A stretch of 58,453 nt of DNA, filler included, from Sluysia triapertura (GCA_046118255.1; 4 parts of 4 records of this genome joined end to end with filler, not necessarily neighbours in it), one strand, 5' to 3'. Positions 1 through 11,872 are shown, counted from the whole stretch's first letter. Notes: a model not told the origin generated them from the letters alone. Numbers and translations are program-made.

Positions 1-700
1 TATTTTAAAGTAAAATTACTCGACCCTGTTATTAAGGTGTCGATGAAAAATTAAAATTAAATTTAAGTCTGATTTTATATATCCCTGTATAAGGTGATAT
101 AAGAAACTTAAAAATAAAAAATTACTTTGATGACATGGAATAAAACAATTTCTTGAGATTTTCCCTTCTAAAATTTCTTGAATTTTTTCTTCTTAAAAAA
201 TCTTTGTCTTCTGATAATAATTTCTTAAGCTTCCTAAAATTTCTTTAAAAAATATCTTCTAAAAATTTTGTCTTCTGCTGAATAATTGATATTTACTTCT
301 AATTTTCTGACAATAAAACTTACTTATTTATACAAGTTTTTCCAATATGGCTGTTTCTAGAATAATTTTTAATTTTTTAACTAATTTAAACAAATTAATT
401 TTCTAAAAATAATTAATAAAATTTTACCTAGATTTCTTACAAATAAATTTTCTTTTATTCCAAATCCCAATTAATAATTTTATATTTTATTTTTTAATTA
501 ATAATTTTATTCTATATTTTATTTTCTAATAAAATAATTAATTAATAATTTTATTTATATTTTACTTTTTAACTAATAAAATAAAAAATTTTATAATAAT
601 AATAATATTAATTTTAAAAATAAAACACATAACATAATAAAACCTTTAAGCGTATTAAGTATAAAAACCTTTACACGAGTTTAGTTTATAATAAATTACA
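1..700 (+). mobile_element. Internal non-coding segment of an LTR-element family (related to 48830-49500 + and 56700-57075 -)
   Basis: Starts with CCCTGT(T)ATTAAGGTG-type motifs (24-39, 83-96), then GACATGGA (132), a TTTCTTCTT...TTTGTCTTCT tract and a T-rich then A-rich stretch. The same CATGGA-onward order is seen at 49189 (+) and 57071 (-). Confidence 0.45.
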
Positions 701-759
701 GGCATACATTTTATTACTTTTAAATTGTTTTTACCAATTTTATTATTTTATTTTGCTAT

Positions 760-1450
760 TTTATTATTGCAATTATTACCGTTAGTATTAATGCTGCTAA
801 CGATAAAAACATTTTGTTTCTTACTTTTGTAGTTTGTAATACGATTTATTATTTAGTGTGAATTATCTGCTATTTATGTGGCGATAAAGAAAATGGATTA
901 TCAGAAACGTGTTATAAGTCCACTACCTAATCGATTTAATATTTCTATTGATTTGAGTATTATTCTCGGTGGTATTATGTTATTATATATTCCAAGTTAG
1001 TTTCAGTTTTTATCATGTACTTCGTATTTATTGATATTATAAATATTGTGATTTGTACTAATTACAAGAATAATTTTATTTTTAACAACTAATAGTCCAG
1101 TTATTCTGAAAGGAAGCATACCGTTTTGCACGGATAGTTTTTCTGTAAAATTTTATAAACAAACATTTTGAAAATGTTGCACTTAGCGTTACTGATTAGG
1201 TGTAATATTTAAATAACAATAACAATATATTAATTTGTAAAACACTAATATCTACTAAGAAAAATTACTTACAGAAAGAAATTTGCTTACATTTTTAATG
1301 CTTCTTAATCTTTCAATGATTTGGCATTATCTTGCACTTTATTGTCACTGTGTATTCTGAACATAAGATCTTAAAGATATATTCAGGCGTAATGTAAGCA
1401 TTTATAAATTACCATAATGATTTTGAATTCTACTAATGAATTTAATTGTA
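760..1450 (-). pseudogene. Decayed ORF-X family copy
   Basis: Manual minus-strand translation gives INAYITPEYIFKI (1367-1405), RIILKSIEIL (~937-966) and VFIVSSINTN (781-810). These are collinear with INSRIEPNLLSQI / QKLLKIEIF / FRISSYDN of the 55530-56490 copy. Confidence 0.5.
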
Positions 1451-1829
1451 GCTAATGTAAGTCTTTATAATTAAATATTATTTCGTATTACTTGTGTTGA
1501 ATTGAGTATTATAAACAATTGTTACAATCTATTATATTAATTATCAATGAATGAACAATGCATTTCCTATATTTTATATCTTGGACTTCATAATATAAAC
1601 TAACCGGATTTGAGCTCAGGACATTTTACTTCTACTGAACTATCATTAACATCTAACAATTTGTTCTTATTCTAGTTTTAATCTTTTTTATTGTTTCTTT
1701 AACTTATTCAACTTTCCAACATTCTCTTCACTTCATGAGGACAATAAATGGTATGATAGATAAGAAGGCTTAATGGCATCTAATGTCGTTTGCATTTGGA
1801 GGTAGTGTGTTACTCTCTTAATCGTATCA

Positions 1830-2140
1830 TTCGCCTGCAGAAATTCACTTGTTTTAAGAGAACTTAATGTGATGAATTATTGGTTGGTGTTTCTTACAGG
1901 CAGGATACATTATATATCTTATTAGGTCGTAGTTCATCAACATTTTTGAATTGTAAAGTTGAAGTATTCCCTAGAAATAGTGATTCACAAGGATAGCTTG
2001 GTATAGCGGTTGGCGTAGATGGTAATATCGTGTGTTTTAAGAGAAAAGATTAAATCTAATGTCTACTTTTGGAATAAGTGCATGTAATGATTCCAAATAT
2101 AAATAAACTTCGTAAACTCCATCCTGATGTAAGAGATGGA
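1830..2140 (-). pseudogene. Possible N-terminal remnant of a class III glycoprotein (signal-like segment plus YxC...N.TT...V.E motif)
   Basis: WSLRSLFIFGIITCTYS (hydrophobic), then after stops IPSYPCESLFLGNTSTLQFKNVDELRP...VLLKQ. This resembles the YDC...NITTISLLDVGEC...QLLQ start of chuvirus-like G proteins; judged by eye only. Confidence 0.35.
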
Positions 2141-2385
2141 TTGCTTGAATATGAGGGAGGCATTGAAGTATTGTTCGTTGCTTTATCATAAGAGGGATTT
2201 TTGATTTTTTGTGAAGTATAGATTTCCCAGCCTTTTCGAGTTAATGATAAAAGAATTAGCGTCAGAAATAAAAGAATCGGGATTATCATTGTTAAAGTAA
2301 ATAATGATTCGTGGAGTACTATTGAGTTAGTAGTTATATTAGTTTCGTTATTGAAATAACGTAACATCCATATATGAGAATTCAT
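2056..2385 (-). pseudogene. Retroelement-internal ORF fragment with a transmembrane segment
   Basis: 109-aa ORF with TM-like LTMIIPILLFLTLILLSL, a NET/NIT sequon region, a PPSY motif and a second hydrophobic stretch at the end. Confidence 0.35.
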
Positions 2386-3269
2386 TATTACTATGCAGTA
2401 ACATGTTCTTCATTATCGTCGCATAAAGTTGAAATCAGTGGGTTCTATTTATTAAGATAAACTACGTTTGTAATAATATTGCATAAGTGGCGGTAACATG
2501 AGGGTTTACAGTAAAGTAAAGCACTTGAAGCGTTATTTTTAAGATAAACCGAGACTAGATCTTAGTTCTTTTAGATGTCACAGGATTCTTATCTGTTCTT
2601 ATTTGACATGCTTGAATATTAACAGTTAGATTGTTCCAAAGGATAAGTAACATTAACGGTATAAAGATATTTTTAATACACTGGAGATTGCATAATTTGC
2701 GGTTAATTACTCTGTATCATGCACACTCTGTCTTCCTTTAGATCGGATATTATAAGGGGATTCTTTAACGGCCATTTTTCACCTATTAGCATGGTGTTAA
2801 GTAATAGTCGACGTCTAATACTATTTCTCTGTAGTAGATTTCTACAGCTTCGTTAGTATTCAAACAAGATTTCATGAAGTCTTGTAGTGAGCAAATTGTT
2901 ACGTTAATTTTAAAGTTTGTAAATATTACTCAACTTATTTCTTATTTTGATTCTCATGATTTTACCTCTTTCTATATCTCCAATTTTGTTAAATAATTTG
3001 AACACTTTCTTTTTCTGCTTTGGTGACCATGTTTATATTGACTTATTTCAATTGCGGATATTTATGTAATGGATCATGATAATTCATAATAGTATTTACA
3101 ATAGTTTCTAGTTTATTCATTTTACTAGGATTTTTTAAAGCTTCTATTTTTTTAGATAAATTTCCCAGTTTGATATGTCCGACTATTCCTTTTAACATAT
3201 ATTTTTATTTCCATTTTCTTTGAGCGTACATAGTCTTTCTTGTGGTACTTCTTTTTGTGTATATAAATC

Positions 3270-3530
3270 GGTTTTCAATTTGATTCCTTTATTTATCAAT
3301 ATATCTGGCACTTGTTCTATTATTAATTCTTCAGGGCAATTATATGCCACTGCAATTTTTAAGTGAAGTATTTTATGTTCTATGCCTATTTAGATTTCCT
3401 ATAAATTAAATATGATAGTGGATCTGACTACTCCCTCGAATTTTTCGAGAACTATCAAATTCTTTTTTTGATACATTTCCATTGATAGTAATTTCCTTAC
3501 ATAACCTATATGGCATTGATCCATTTCTTG
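3270..3530 (-). pseudogene. Possible second, degenerate aspartic-protease-like domain
   Basis: LEKFEGVVRSTIIFNL*EI*IGIEHKILHLKIAVAYNCPEELII parallels the C-half of the first protease (LEGINRKRISEQSIIANIKILNQEIETKVYATSECSEDII). No intact DTG is seen. Confidence 0.3.
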
Positions 3531-3616
3531 CGAAACGAAATTTTTTTGATACAACTGTTATATTGATTAGCTTCGTATCTTGATATGGCCTGTTCCATTG
3601 GTGTATTCTAAAAATT

Positions 3617-3900
3617 GCACATTTTATATGCTTGGCACCATTCGCTTATTTCTTGATCCATTCTGTCCCAATAGTATTTTCTCCGAATTCTCTATAGTTT
3701 TATCTACCATGATGGTAATATGGTGGTTTTTCTTGAGTTGAGTTTTTTGATTAACAATTTGCCATTTACTTTATATTTAAAAAGATTGTACTGCATTTCA
3801 TAACCTTGGAAGATATGTTTTGCTGAGTTGCCACTTTGTATAGCATTTATAACGAGTCTGATATTTTCATCGTTTTTCTGTTCTCTTGCTATTTCCTCTT
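3617..3900 (-). pseudogene. Gypsy-type integrase N-terminal (HHCC zinc-binding) region, frameshifted
   Basis: EEIAREQKNDENIRLVINAI (pre-integrase Q..D motif), then HHG/DKTIE/RIRRKYYWDRMDQEISEWCQAYKMC across frameshifts. This matches the H.G..KT...I...YYW..M...I.....C..C signature. Confidence 0.8.
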
Positions 3901-4109
3901 ATTGTAGGTCCTCGATATTGTCTGGTGTGACCAATTCTTCCAGATCACTAAGAATTTCCAGTGGTAATATATTGTCAATATCGTTTATTTCTATTCTTTT
4001 TGCTGGATTTTTGTTAATTGTGACATCTATATCTAATATTACTTCTTTTACCATTTCTAATGTAAAACCGTAAGCTGGATGTATGAACAGGTCTTCTAAT
4101 TGTCGCAGT

Positions 4110-4380
4110 AAGTTCATACAAATTATGTCCTCAGAGCATTCACTCGTAGCATAAACTTTAGTTTCGATTTCTTGATTTAGAATCTTTATATTGGCTATTA
4201 TGCTTTGTTCACTTATTCGTTTTCTATTTATTCCTTCTAGGTATTATACTTCATCTATTATCTTTTTCCTTTCCCTATGTGGAAGTACTTTATCGCGGAT
4301 TGCTGATATTTGTGATCCGGTATCTATAAATCCATTTAGAGATAAATTATCCATTAATACCCTTTGATAGATTCCAAATT
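4110..4380 (-). pseudogene. Retropepsin aspartic protease
   Basis: LNGFIDTGSQISAI in ORF 4244-4537. It continues past a stop to ...SEDIICMNLLRQL, a decayed D.ILGMD.L motif. Confidence 0.85.
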
Positions 4381-4497
4381 CATTATAATATTTCTTCAGA
4401 TAATAGCAGTTTTTTCGTTCGTTAGAGTTTATTTTATTTTCTTGCATTGTCTCAAGTTCTTTGTTTGGGTAAAGTGCCTTTGATTCCTGTTCTTGTC

Positions 4498-5360
4498 CTA
4501 TGATGGGATTAAGGCTGTGATAATTCTTCGCGCGCATTCTGTTAATCTGTAAATATTATAAGTTGACAACACTTGGGTGCATACAATAATGATAGTTTTT
4601 ATTACAATGTAGATTCCGATACAACCCGAGAAGAATTGTCCAATTATCGCAAAATTTCCCCCTATTTTATAAAGTGTATGCTTAGCTGCTTGTTCAAAGT
4701 GATCCTGCGTCAATAATAATTCGTAATTAGGAGCTTTGACACATTTTGGCAATGCTGCGTCAACAATCTATGTCAAGATTATTGCCATTTGAATTGGAAA
4801 TATTTCGTTCCGAGCCTTTTTTATATCAGATATTTGATACATGCCGCTTTTCGATATATCATTTTCTGTTTGGAAATTAATTCTCTTCCTTAACTCGGTT
4901 AAACTTAGTGCTGGAGGAGCTTCTACCCTTATTCTTGATGGTAAGGAAATCCAATAATTTTATTATACTTTGTATATCGGTGACATTAGGACTGAGCAGT
5001 CCAATATCTTAACCTTATTGGTACTTTAATCATTGTAACAGGCCATACATATCGTCTCTTACCTTTATATTCAATTGGCAGTTCATTTGTACATTCCAAA
5101 TTGTCGTGTAATTTTACTGTTACTCGTTTATATTCGTAAGTATACATCACCTCTCCTATTGGTTTCCCAAATACTCCATCTTTCAATGGTAGTATTGGTG
5201 TTGCCATATCTGGATTAGTGATCATTGTAATTTCCTTATTTAATTGACAATCTCGGTACATGAGTATTTGATATATTTTTTCTAAATGTGTCAAATTGAG
5301 GTGATAATAGAAGTCAATTTTGTTATTAAAATAAAGTTGTATAATCTTACATCGCTAGAC
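4498..5360 (-). pseudogene. Envelope glycoprotein C-terminal half, chuvirus-G / herpesvirus gB-like class III fusogen
   Basis: LYFNNKIDFYYHLNLTHLEKIYQILMYRDCQLNKEI; GVFGKPIGEVMYTYEYKRVTVKL...ECTNELPIEYKG...WPVT; and membrane-proximal/TM FAIIGQFFSGCIGIYIVIKTIIIVCTQV...YNIY...IITALIPS. These motifs follow the order of Jingchuvirales-like G proteins. Confidence 0.75.
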
Positions 5361-5361
5361 A

Positions 5362-5826
5362 TTATTTTCGTTTTGGCGTTAAGCATTGGTTGTCCTCTTT
5401 TGACGAATATTCCATGATAATTTGTACTGTGTTTGTGTGAATATGTCGTTGGATTTCTTTTGTCTCAAATGGTAAGTTCGGTCTAATTTTTATTTTTTGG
5501 CTAGGGTTATTATGCATTAAATGTTTACCATAATTTTTTAATATAAGTTTTGCATATTCCTTTTCGTTTTCATTAAAAGGGTCTCGTATTTTTAATAAAG
5601 TTTCTCTTAATCTTTCTGTTTTACTTATACCTATATCTCCTGTTGCATATTCTCTTAGGGCATTGAATAATCCTCTGTGGTGTGTGCTCCAAATTCCCAA
5701 TTTTATCCTTTGTATAATTTCTTTTATAGCCTCTTGAGTGGCCCTAGCTTTTGGTGTGTTTAATTGATTGTCATCTTTACTATGTTTTTCGTCTTCTACG
5801 GATGTTCCTGCTACTATTTTATTCAT
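5362..5826 (-). pseudogene. Unassigned retroelement ORF fragment between gag and the recognisable env region
   Basis: 154-aa open frame on the element strand. GIWSTHHRGLF weakly recalls the TEHPKLF motif of chuvirus G. Confidence 0.4.
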
Positions 5827-6004
5827 TAGACAGTTATTTAATTGACTTCTTTCTTTTCCTTCTTTGTCTTTATGATCTAATTTTTGTCGTTGATACTTGC
5901 GTACTAAACTTCATTCATTCTGGCAAAATCTCGAATTTCTTCCCTTTCATTATTTTCCATCATATAAATATTATTTCTTTTGTTTAACGGAAAGTTGTAG
6001 CGTA

Positions 6005-7019
6005 ATTCGGGAAGGCTCTTTCATAATGTCCATATTTTTTTATAATTATTGCAATATATCCTATCCTTTATATCTACTTTATTTCTGTCGGAATAATTTT
6101 GAAATTTATTTCTGTTGTCATTGTATGGTCTAAATATTGGAAATCCGTAATCATACCTTTACGTATCTAAATAATTCCTTCTGCAATGGATAAGTTTTCT
6201 GAAGTGCTAAGTTATAAGGCTGCTGGGTTCTTGTGTATGGTTCATAACGATTTTATCTATCTCTATCTTCTTGGAATCTATGACTTCATTTTTTATGAAA
6301 GTAATTATAGTTTCATTGAGGCGATTTCGGTCTATTAAGTTGCTCGTGTTTCGTATTTTTTATTGGTTTTAATACATTATCCTTGTAATTTAGCTTTTTC
6401 ACCTAGATCTCTTCTTTTTTGACTCTTACTAGATTTATCTTATTATTCCTTATTATTCCTTATTATTCCTTACTAGATTATTCCTTATTATAAATTTGCT
6501 CTTCTAATTCTGTGGCTTTTTCTAGCGTTGCATTACATCCTTCGGCATTAGATGCTGTTAATAATGTATCAATATTCTTAATTCCTTTTACGAAATTTTT
6601 CCATAAGTTTTTTATCGAATTAATTTTTTCCTCTTCGATATTTATCTTAGATGGATAAGCCCTTTTGGCTAATATTCTCAATGAGCGTATTCCGCAACGG
6701 TTGTTGCACTCTTTGAACACCGTTTGCTTAAGTTCTTAATATCATCTCCAGCAGTGTCTTTAATAAAATCTGCTTTCAATTTTTCCCAATTGGTTTTTTC
6801 TTCTGAAATGAATTTAAATACGTTCGATCCATGTCCTGTTAGGTATGAGGGGAATTTTCGACATTTATTTTGAGGTCCATCTAAGGGATCCTGTTTCTTG
6901 ATTATATTCGGTAATAAAATCCAAAGTTTCTTCTTGTCCCTTGAAAATTTATCTGTTTTTAGGTTTTATTGCGGATATTAGCTTCGACCTTGGTTGTGAG
7001 TGTTCGTATTATCATCCAT
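6005..7019 (-). pseudogene. Gag (retrotransposon gag domain plus decayed CCHC knuckle)
   Basis: ATG at 7019; fragments FQGQEETLDFITEY, KFPSYLTGHGSNVF...NWEKLKADF and LRILAKRAYP align with ORF 57218-57739. IYCNNYKK/YGHYERAFP at ~6010-6060 is a mutated C-x2-C-x4-H-x4-C. Confidence 0.8.
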
Positions 7020-7206
7020 TGGATCTTTATTCTCTTTATTTGATTTACTATTATATTTAAGACTACTTCTAGTAGTATACACTTTTAGTGTTCAAAACTT
7101 TTAAAGATTATAACATTATCGGAAATAAATTTTTATTTAATCTATACTAAATATAGATTCACTAACTTAATCTTATCAAAACTTATTTATTTAATGTGCA
7201 CCGAGT

Positions 7207-7224
7207 TCCCTAATCTTGGCACCA
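7207..7224 (-). promoter_or_regulatory. Primer-binding site TGGTGCCAAGATTAGGGA
   Basis: TGG-initiated 18-mer 3 nt inside the LTR end (...TCTAACA) and ~190 nt upstream of the gag ATG. Confidence 0.8.
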
Positions 7225-7227
7225 AAA

Positions 7228-8250
7228 TGTTAGATTAGATTGTTTAACTTAAGTTTATCTTGTTTGGATTACTGAACTTGAGTTTTTTTATTGATTGTAT
7301 TCTAACACTTAACTGGAGGTTATCGTTCGCTCGTATCTGGTGGAAGAGATTATCTACCAAAGTTTAAATCTGAGATTAAGTAATTTAAGTTAAACTACCC
7401 GAAAATTTATTAATCAAACTTTTAGTTATTCGATGCAATATTTATCAACAAAATAAATCGTCACAAATTCAGTTAATATTCGATTTCTCTGATAGTTAAA
7501 ATTATTACCACACGTAATTATTGTATAAATTTTTCTTTTCGTTTTTATTATTTCAATGATAATATATTTGTTTAAATATTCTCTTTTACAATATAAAAAG
7601 TGAAAATATATAGAAAGTTAAATTACGTTGTTAATAATAGTTAAATTATACAAATTGTACCTCGTCTAACAGAATAGTAATGATCAAATTACACCTCGGT
7701 CAGTGGAATAAAAAATGTATCTCGTTCAATAGATTAACAGTCGAATTGTATCTCGATCTGTGGAATATTTGATTAATCCAAATTGTATCTTGATTAATTG
7801 TTAATGAACAATTCAAATTGTACCTTTTATACTTTTTTTTCTTCTGCTTGTTTCAACACTGTATTTTTATTCCATTATTAATTACTTTGTTGTGTAAAAA
7901 ATAATTCCACAAAAGAAGCTATTTATTTTTATTCTATAAAAATTATTTGCTACATTGAATACCTTATCAACATTATTCGTTTTTATTCCATTGTTAATTA
8001 TTTATTGAAATAACCATACAATTCATTCTATTGTTACATTAAATACATTAATTCCAACAATGAGTACTATTATATTTTAATTCTATTAATGATTACTTTT
8101 TTGATATAATATTGTTCATGTTTATTCCACTTTAATTATTTATACAATACATTAAGTTTAATTCATTCTTTAAAATATATTAGTTTAATATTAATTTAAT
8201 ATTACTTTTAATTTATATCTGTATTCATTCCATTTTACATTACAATTTTT
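7228..8250 (-). mobile_element. 5' LTR of the Gypsy element (outer end uncertain)
   Basis: Begins TGTTAGA on + (CA end on -) next to the PBS and contains internal tandem arrays. No matching 3' LTR was found in the window. Confidence 0.6.
7650..7826. repeat. About 6 degenerate ~30-bp tandem units, core AAATTGTA(C/T)CTCG
   Basis: Copies near 7651, 7685, 7712, 7743, 7779 and 7814. Confidence 0.8.
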
Positions 8251-8328
8251 GTTTAACATTTTTCTATTTACAATTTTATTTTGCATTTTTATATTTTATT
8301 TTATTTACAATTTTATTTTATTTTACTA

Positions 8329-8330
<2 letters not shown>

Positions 8331-8386
<56 letters not shown>

Positions 8387-8624
8387 GTAATACTATTATT
8401 TCAGTACTTATATCATTATATTTTATTATTTGTTATTATAGTATTAACATTATCTTTACTATGATATTATTACTATTATTACTGTTATTATTTTTATTAC
8501 TATTATTATTGTAATACTAATTATATCATTATAATTATGGTTGTCATTATTTCAGTACTTACATCATATTTTAGTATTTGTTATTATAGTATTAACATTA
8601 TCTTTACTACGATATTATTATTAC

Positions 8625-8676
<52 letters not shown>
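8331..8676. repeat. (TTA)n microsatellites bracketing a ~100-bp direct duplication
   Basis: TTTCAGTACTTA...TTTGTTATTATAGTATTAACATTATCTTTACTA.GATATTATTA occurs at ~8399 and ~8550. (TTA)n tracts lie at 8331-8386 and ~8626-8676. Confidence 0.9.
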
Positions 8677-10289
8677 GCTGTGAGTTTTTTAAATCAAAAT
8701 GAATAATCTTAATTTGTTAGACGACAATTCACGACTTAAAACGTACAGTAAACGTGCATGTAGCTATATATATGTTAACGCGACGTATATGTTCTGCAAT
8801 TTAAATTCATAGCATATACATAGTTAAAATGTTACGCAATTTATCTAGTGTTTTATTTTGTCAGCGGAAATTCTAGATTTGTAGAATGAGAATTGTAATT
8901 GTAATAAGTTAATGGTGTTGCTTTTTTAAATCTAACTTTATGGAGGGTCTAGGAACTTTAATAACTGATATTTATTTCCTAAATTATTCACATGGAAAAC
9001 GCACAAAAGACTGAATTAATATTTTTTATGCAAATTTTCGTTTTAAAGATTAAATCGTCAAATTTACATCAATCATAAAAAGCAGATATACGAAAATCAA
9101 AGAAAAATGTGTAAAAGAACAGCAAGAATATTGTAAACAAAAGTTGTTAGGTTACTATTAAAGATCTATTGCCTTTAATTATTATTTATTAATTATTATA
9201 ATATTGAATTTTTATGAGAGTCTAACTCTCATTAAGTCGGGCAAATAATGATTAATGAAATGATTTTAAGTAAGAATTTATTGGAAATTTTTCAGAGACA
9301 AAACTACCCTCTAATCAAACGTACTAAAATAATTGTTAATTCCAATTAGAATGTCTTAAATTCACCGGATAGATGATACTAATTAAAACTTTTCAAAATA
9401 GCGACTGATTGAATCAAAATGAAATCCAAAATTTCTTCGTGCTTAACCAAAAATAATTTTTAATTGTGCTGATTTTGTCAAAGGGAATCAGTATAAATAC
9501 TTAATATTTTCTCTCATATTATTATTATATTTTAAAAATTATATTTACACAGTGAGCAATTCTCATAAAAATCCATTTGAAATTCTTAAAATTTATTATA
9601 TCAAAATTATTATGACTCAAAATATTATCTTATGATCTTACATTTATTCTCTATCAAATTAACGATTGTGACTTGGTTAGCCTATGAGGTGGTCATATTG
9701 TATTTTCAAATGATGAAAATTAAGAAATTTATTGAGTTAATTTTATCATATTACTAGACAACTTCATGCTAATATGGAGAAGGTTGTCTTCTTTTGACGT
9801 TAATTTTTATTAAAATTTAACAAACAAATCATTAAATAAAATTGTATGTGCAAAAAAATATTGTAATATAATATTCATCTATTTCTAAATTTATAATCTT
9901 TCAAAATTTTAAATCAAATCTAAAATCCATTTAATATAAATTTATTTCTTAAAATAAAATTAAAATTATTATCATAATGCTTTTTCAATTTAAAATGAGA
10001 TGTACTAAAGTTAATATAAATTCGAAATTTAATAGCAAATAATAACCAATTTTAAATTGAAATTAAATGAATAGTCATTTTAAAATGAGATTCTACAAAG
10101 AGAATGCAAAGTTCAATAAAAATCATTTTAATACGCAAGTTATAATCATGTTAAACTGATTAAAACTTGTATGTAATTAAAAATTAGTAACATTATTCTC
10201 GATTAAAATCAACTTAAACTAAATTATTTAGAAATAAATTTAGACAGAAAATTAGTATTAAAACTTATTACTTTTATATATTTATTAAC

Positions 10290-10343
<54 letters not shown>
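10290..10343. repeat. (TAT)n microsatellite
   Basis: Direct read. Confidence 0.95.
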
Positions 10344-10344
<1 letters not shown>

Positions 10345-10793
10345 TAATGCTTGTATGTATTGTGTTGTATTAATGCGGTTTAATTTATTGTATACAATTA
10401 AAATTATTAAATTGAGAACATTTGTTATTAAAATATGAACTTGAAAATTACGATTAAGTTTCATTGTAATCTTCATGTTTTAGATTTGTTACAATAAAAT
10501 AAAAAGTAAAATAATAAGTAATAAAACTAATTTTATTTATATTAATTAAACTAAAAGTTTTTGAATTGATACTGATTATCTCCTGAATACGCCTTTTACT
10601 TCGTAGTTACTTCGTAGTACACATTTCACTAAATAAATAAAAGCATAGAGTTAATTTATAATCAACACAGAAATATTTAAAATTTACTTTTATGTTATCT
10701 GATACCACTCGATCGAATTGTAGATTTACGTAATTGTCGGTAGACACTTTGAGCTCTTTTATATGGGGAGAAGTAACTAAAGTTGCTAACTAG

Positions 10794-11872
10794 TTACTTA
10801 TTATGATGTATGATGGCAAGTGTTGAGTTAATTCCGAGATCTTCAAGCTCATCAACCGAATGGTAATATTTGCATCTTGCAGCATTTTGTGAACATTCTC
10901 CAGTTTGTATTGTCACATACGGACATAGGGCCGTCTTATAATGTTTATTGAAAACTGCTAAATTGGACATCTTTATGCATAGAGGTTTGTTATTAACATA
11001 CAGTGACTTCGAATGTCCAAACTTTGAATTCTTGTTTAGATTTTTGTATTGTGAGGCATGGACTTTCTTTGTCATGACGAACAAATCAATGTCTATTATT
11101 AAGTATGATGATAGTAATATATTGACAAACATCAATATAATTTGATTCTCATTATTCGTTATAAATCTGTCGCAATTTTCATGTCGCTGTATTAATTTGT
11201 ACTTGCTCATATAAGATTCATTCAATGTCGAATTTATTTTTACATGAGAGATATAAATTGATGCAATTAGACTTAAAACTAAAGTTTTGTTCGTGTATGA
11301 AATTGACACATACTTAATCCTCTTTATCATTTGGAGAATTTTTATCAATCGCCAACTCTGCAAAATCCATAATGCGTATTATGTTTTGTGTGATTATTTG
11401 TTGAATAAGTTTTTAACATTTTAAGACATAAGAATACATCAATTTCAAACTTGGATTCATTATATTTTATTAACTTGCCTTTATCGAAAGAACATGTATA
11501 GCCAAATTGTAAGTTATTCTCTATCTGAGATTCGGTAACATTAACTCCGTTGACGTATTTGAATGGCACATATAATGACGAACTCTCGGGTAAACTAAAC
11601 CTATTTTGTAAGACTTCATTTTTACGAATCATAAAAGTATTATTTGGTTGAACAAAATCGCAATCTAAATAATTCTCAATTAAAATTTGTTCAACAATTG
11701 ATCTTAAACATTTTGATAAGTAACATGAACTTGATTTTAATTTTATGTAGTTATAAGAGAATAAATTTTCTTTTGGATTATATACAGATCTGTACAAGTT
11801 TGGACAAAGTGTCAGATCATCACTGTCTGTCAGGACAAAATCGTGCGATACTTCATCTTCCATTTTTAACAT
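10794..11872 (-). pseudogene. Best-preserved ORF-X copy: unknown domain plus C-terminal CCCH zinc finger, split by a frameshift near 11350
   Basis: Two overlapping ORFs (175 aa and 189 aa). HYKTALCPYVTIQTGECSQNAARCKYYHSVDEL (10860-10943) is a C-x9-C-x6-C-x3-H finger with a TTP-like YKTxLC lead-in. Confidence 0.75.

Larger units (their letters stand above)
1700..8250 (-). mobile_element. Degenerate Ty3/Gypsy-type LTR retroelement with class III (chuvirus G / gB-like) envelope
   Basis: Read on the minus strand: LTR end TCTAACA (7228), PBS, gag with CCHC remnant, glycoprotein C-half, DTGS protease, Gypsy-type integrase HHCC region. Many stops and frameshifts; both outer boundaries are approximate. 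Confidence 0.85.

Noticed and set aside
3000-3200. RT thumb-like reading VGHIKLGNLSKKIEALKNPS...MNYH and TWSPKQK
   Set aside because: Suggestive but too degenerate and no YXDD found, so not called as RT.
7650-7826. Repeat-spacer pattern resembling a CRISPR array
   Set aside because: Eukaryotic context, degenerate 13-bp core, related spacers and no cas genes.
8249-8514. Poly-I, poly-Y, poly-L and poly-N ORFs (also 10285-10476 and 21777-22046)
   Set aside because: Translations of (TTA)n microsatellites.
8990-9500. Possible transposase remnant
   Set aside because: Coding-like fragments but no motif I can name.
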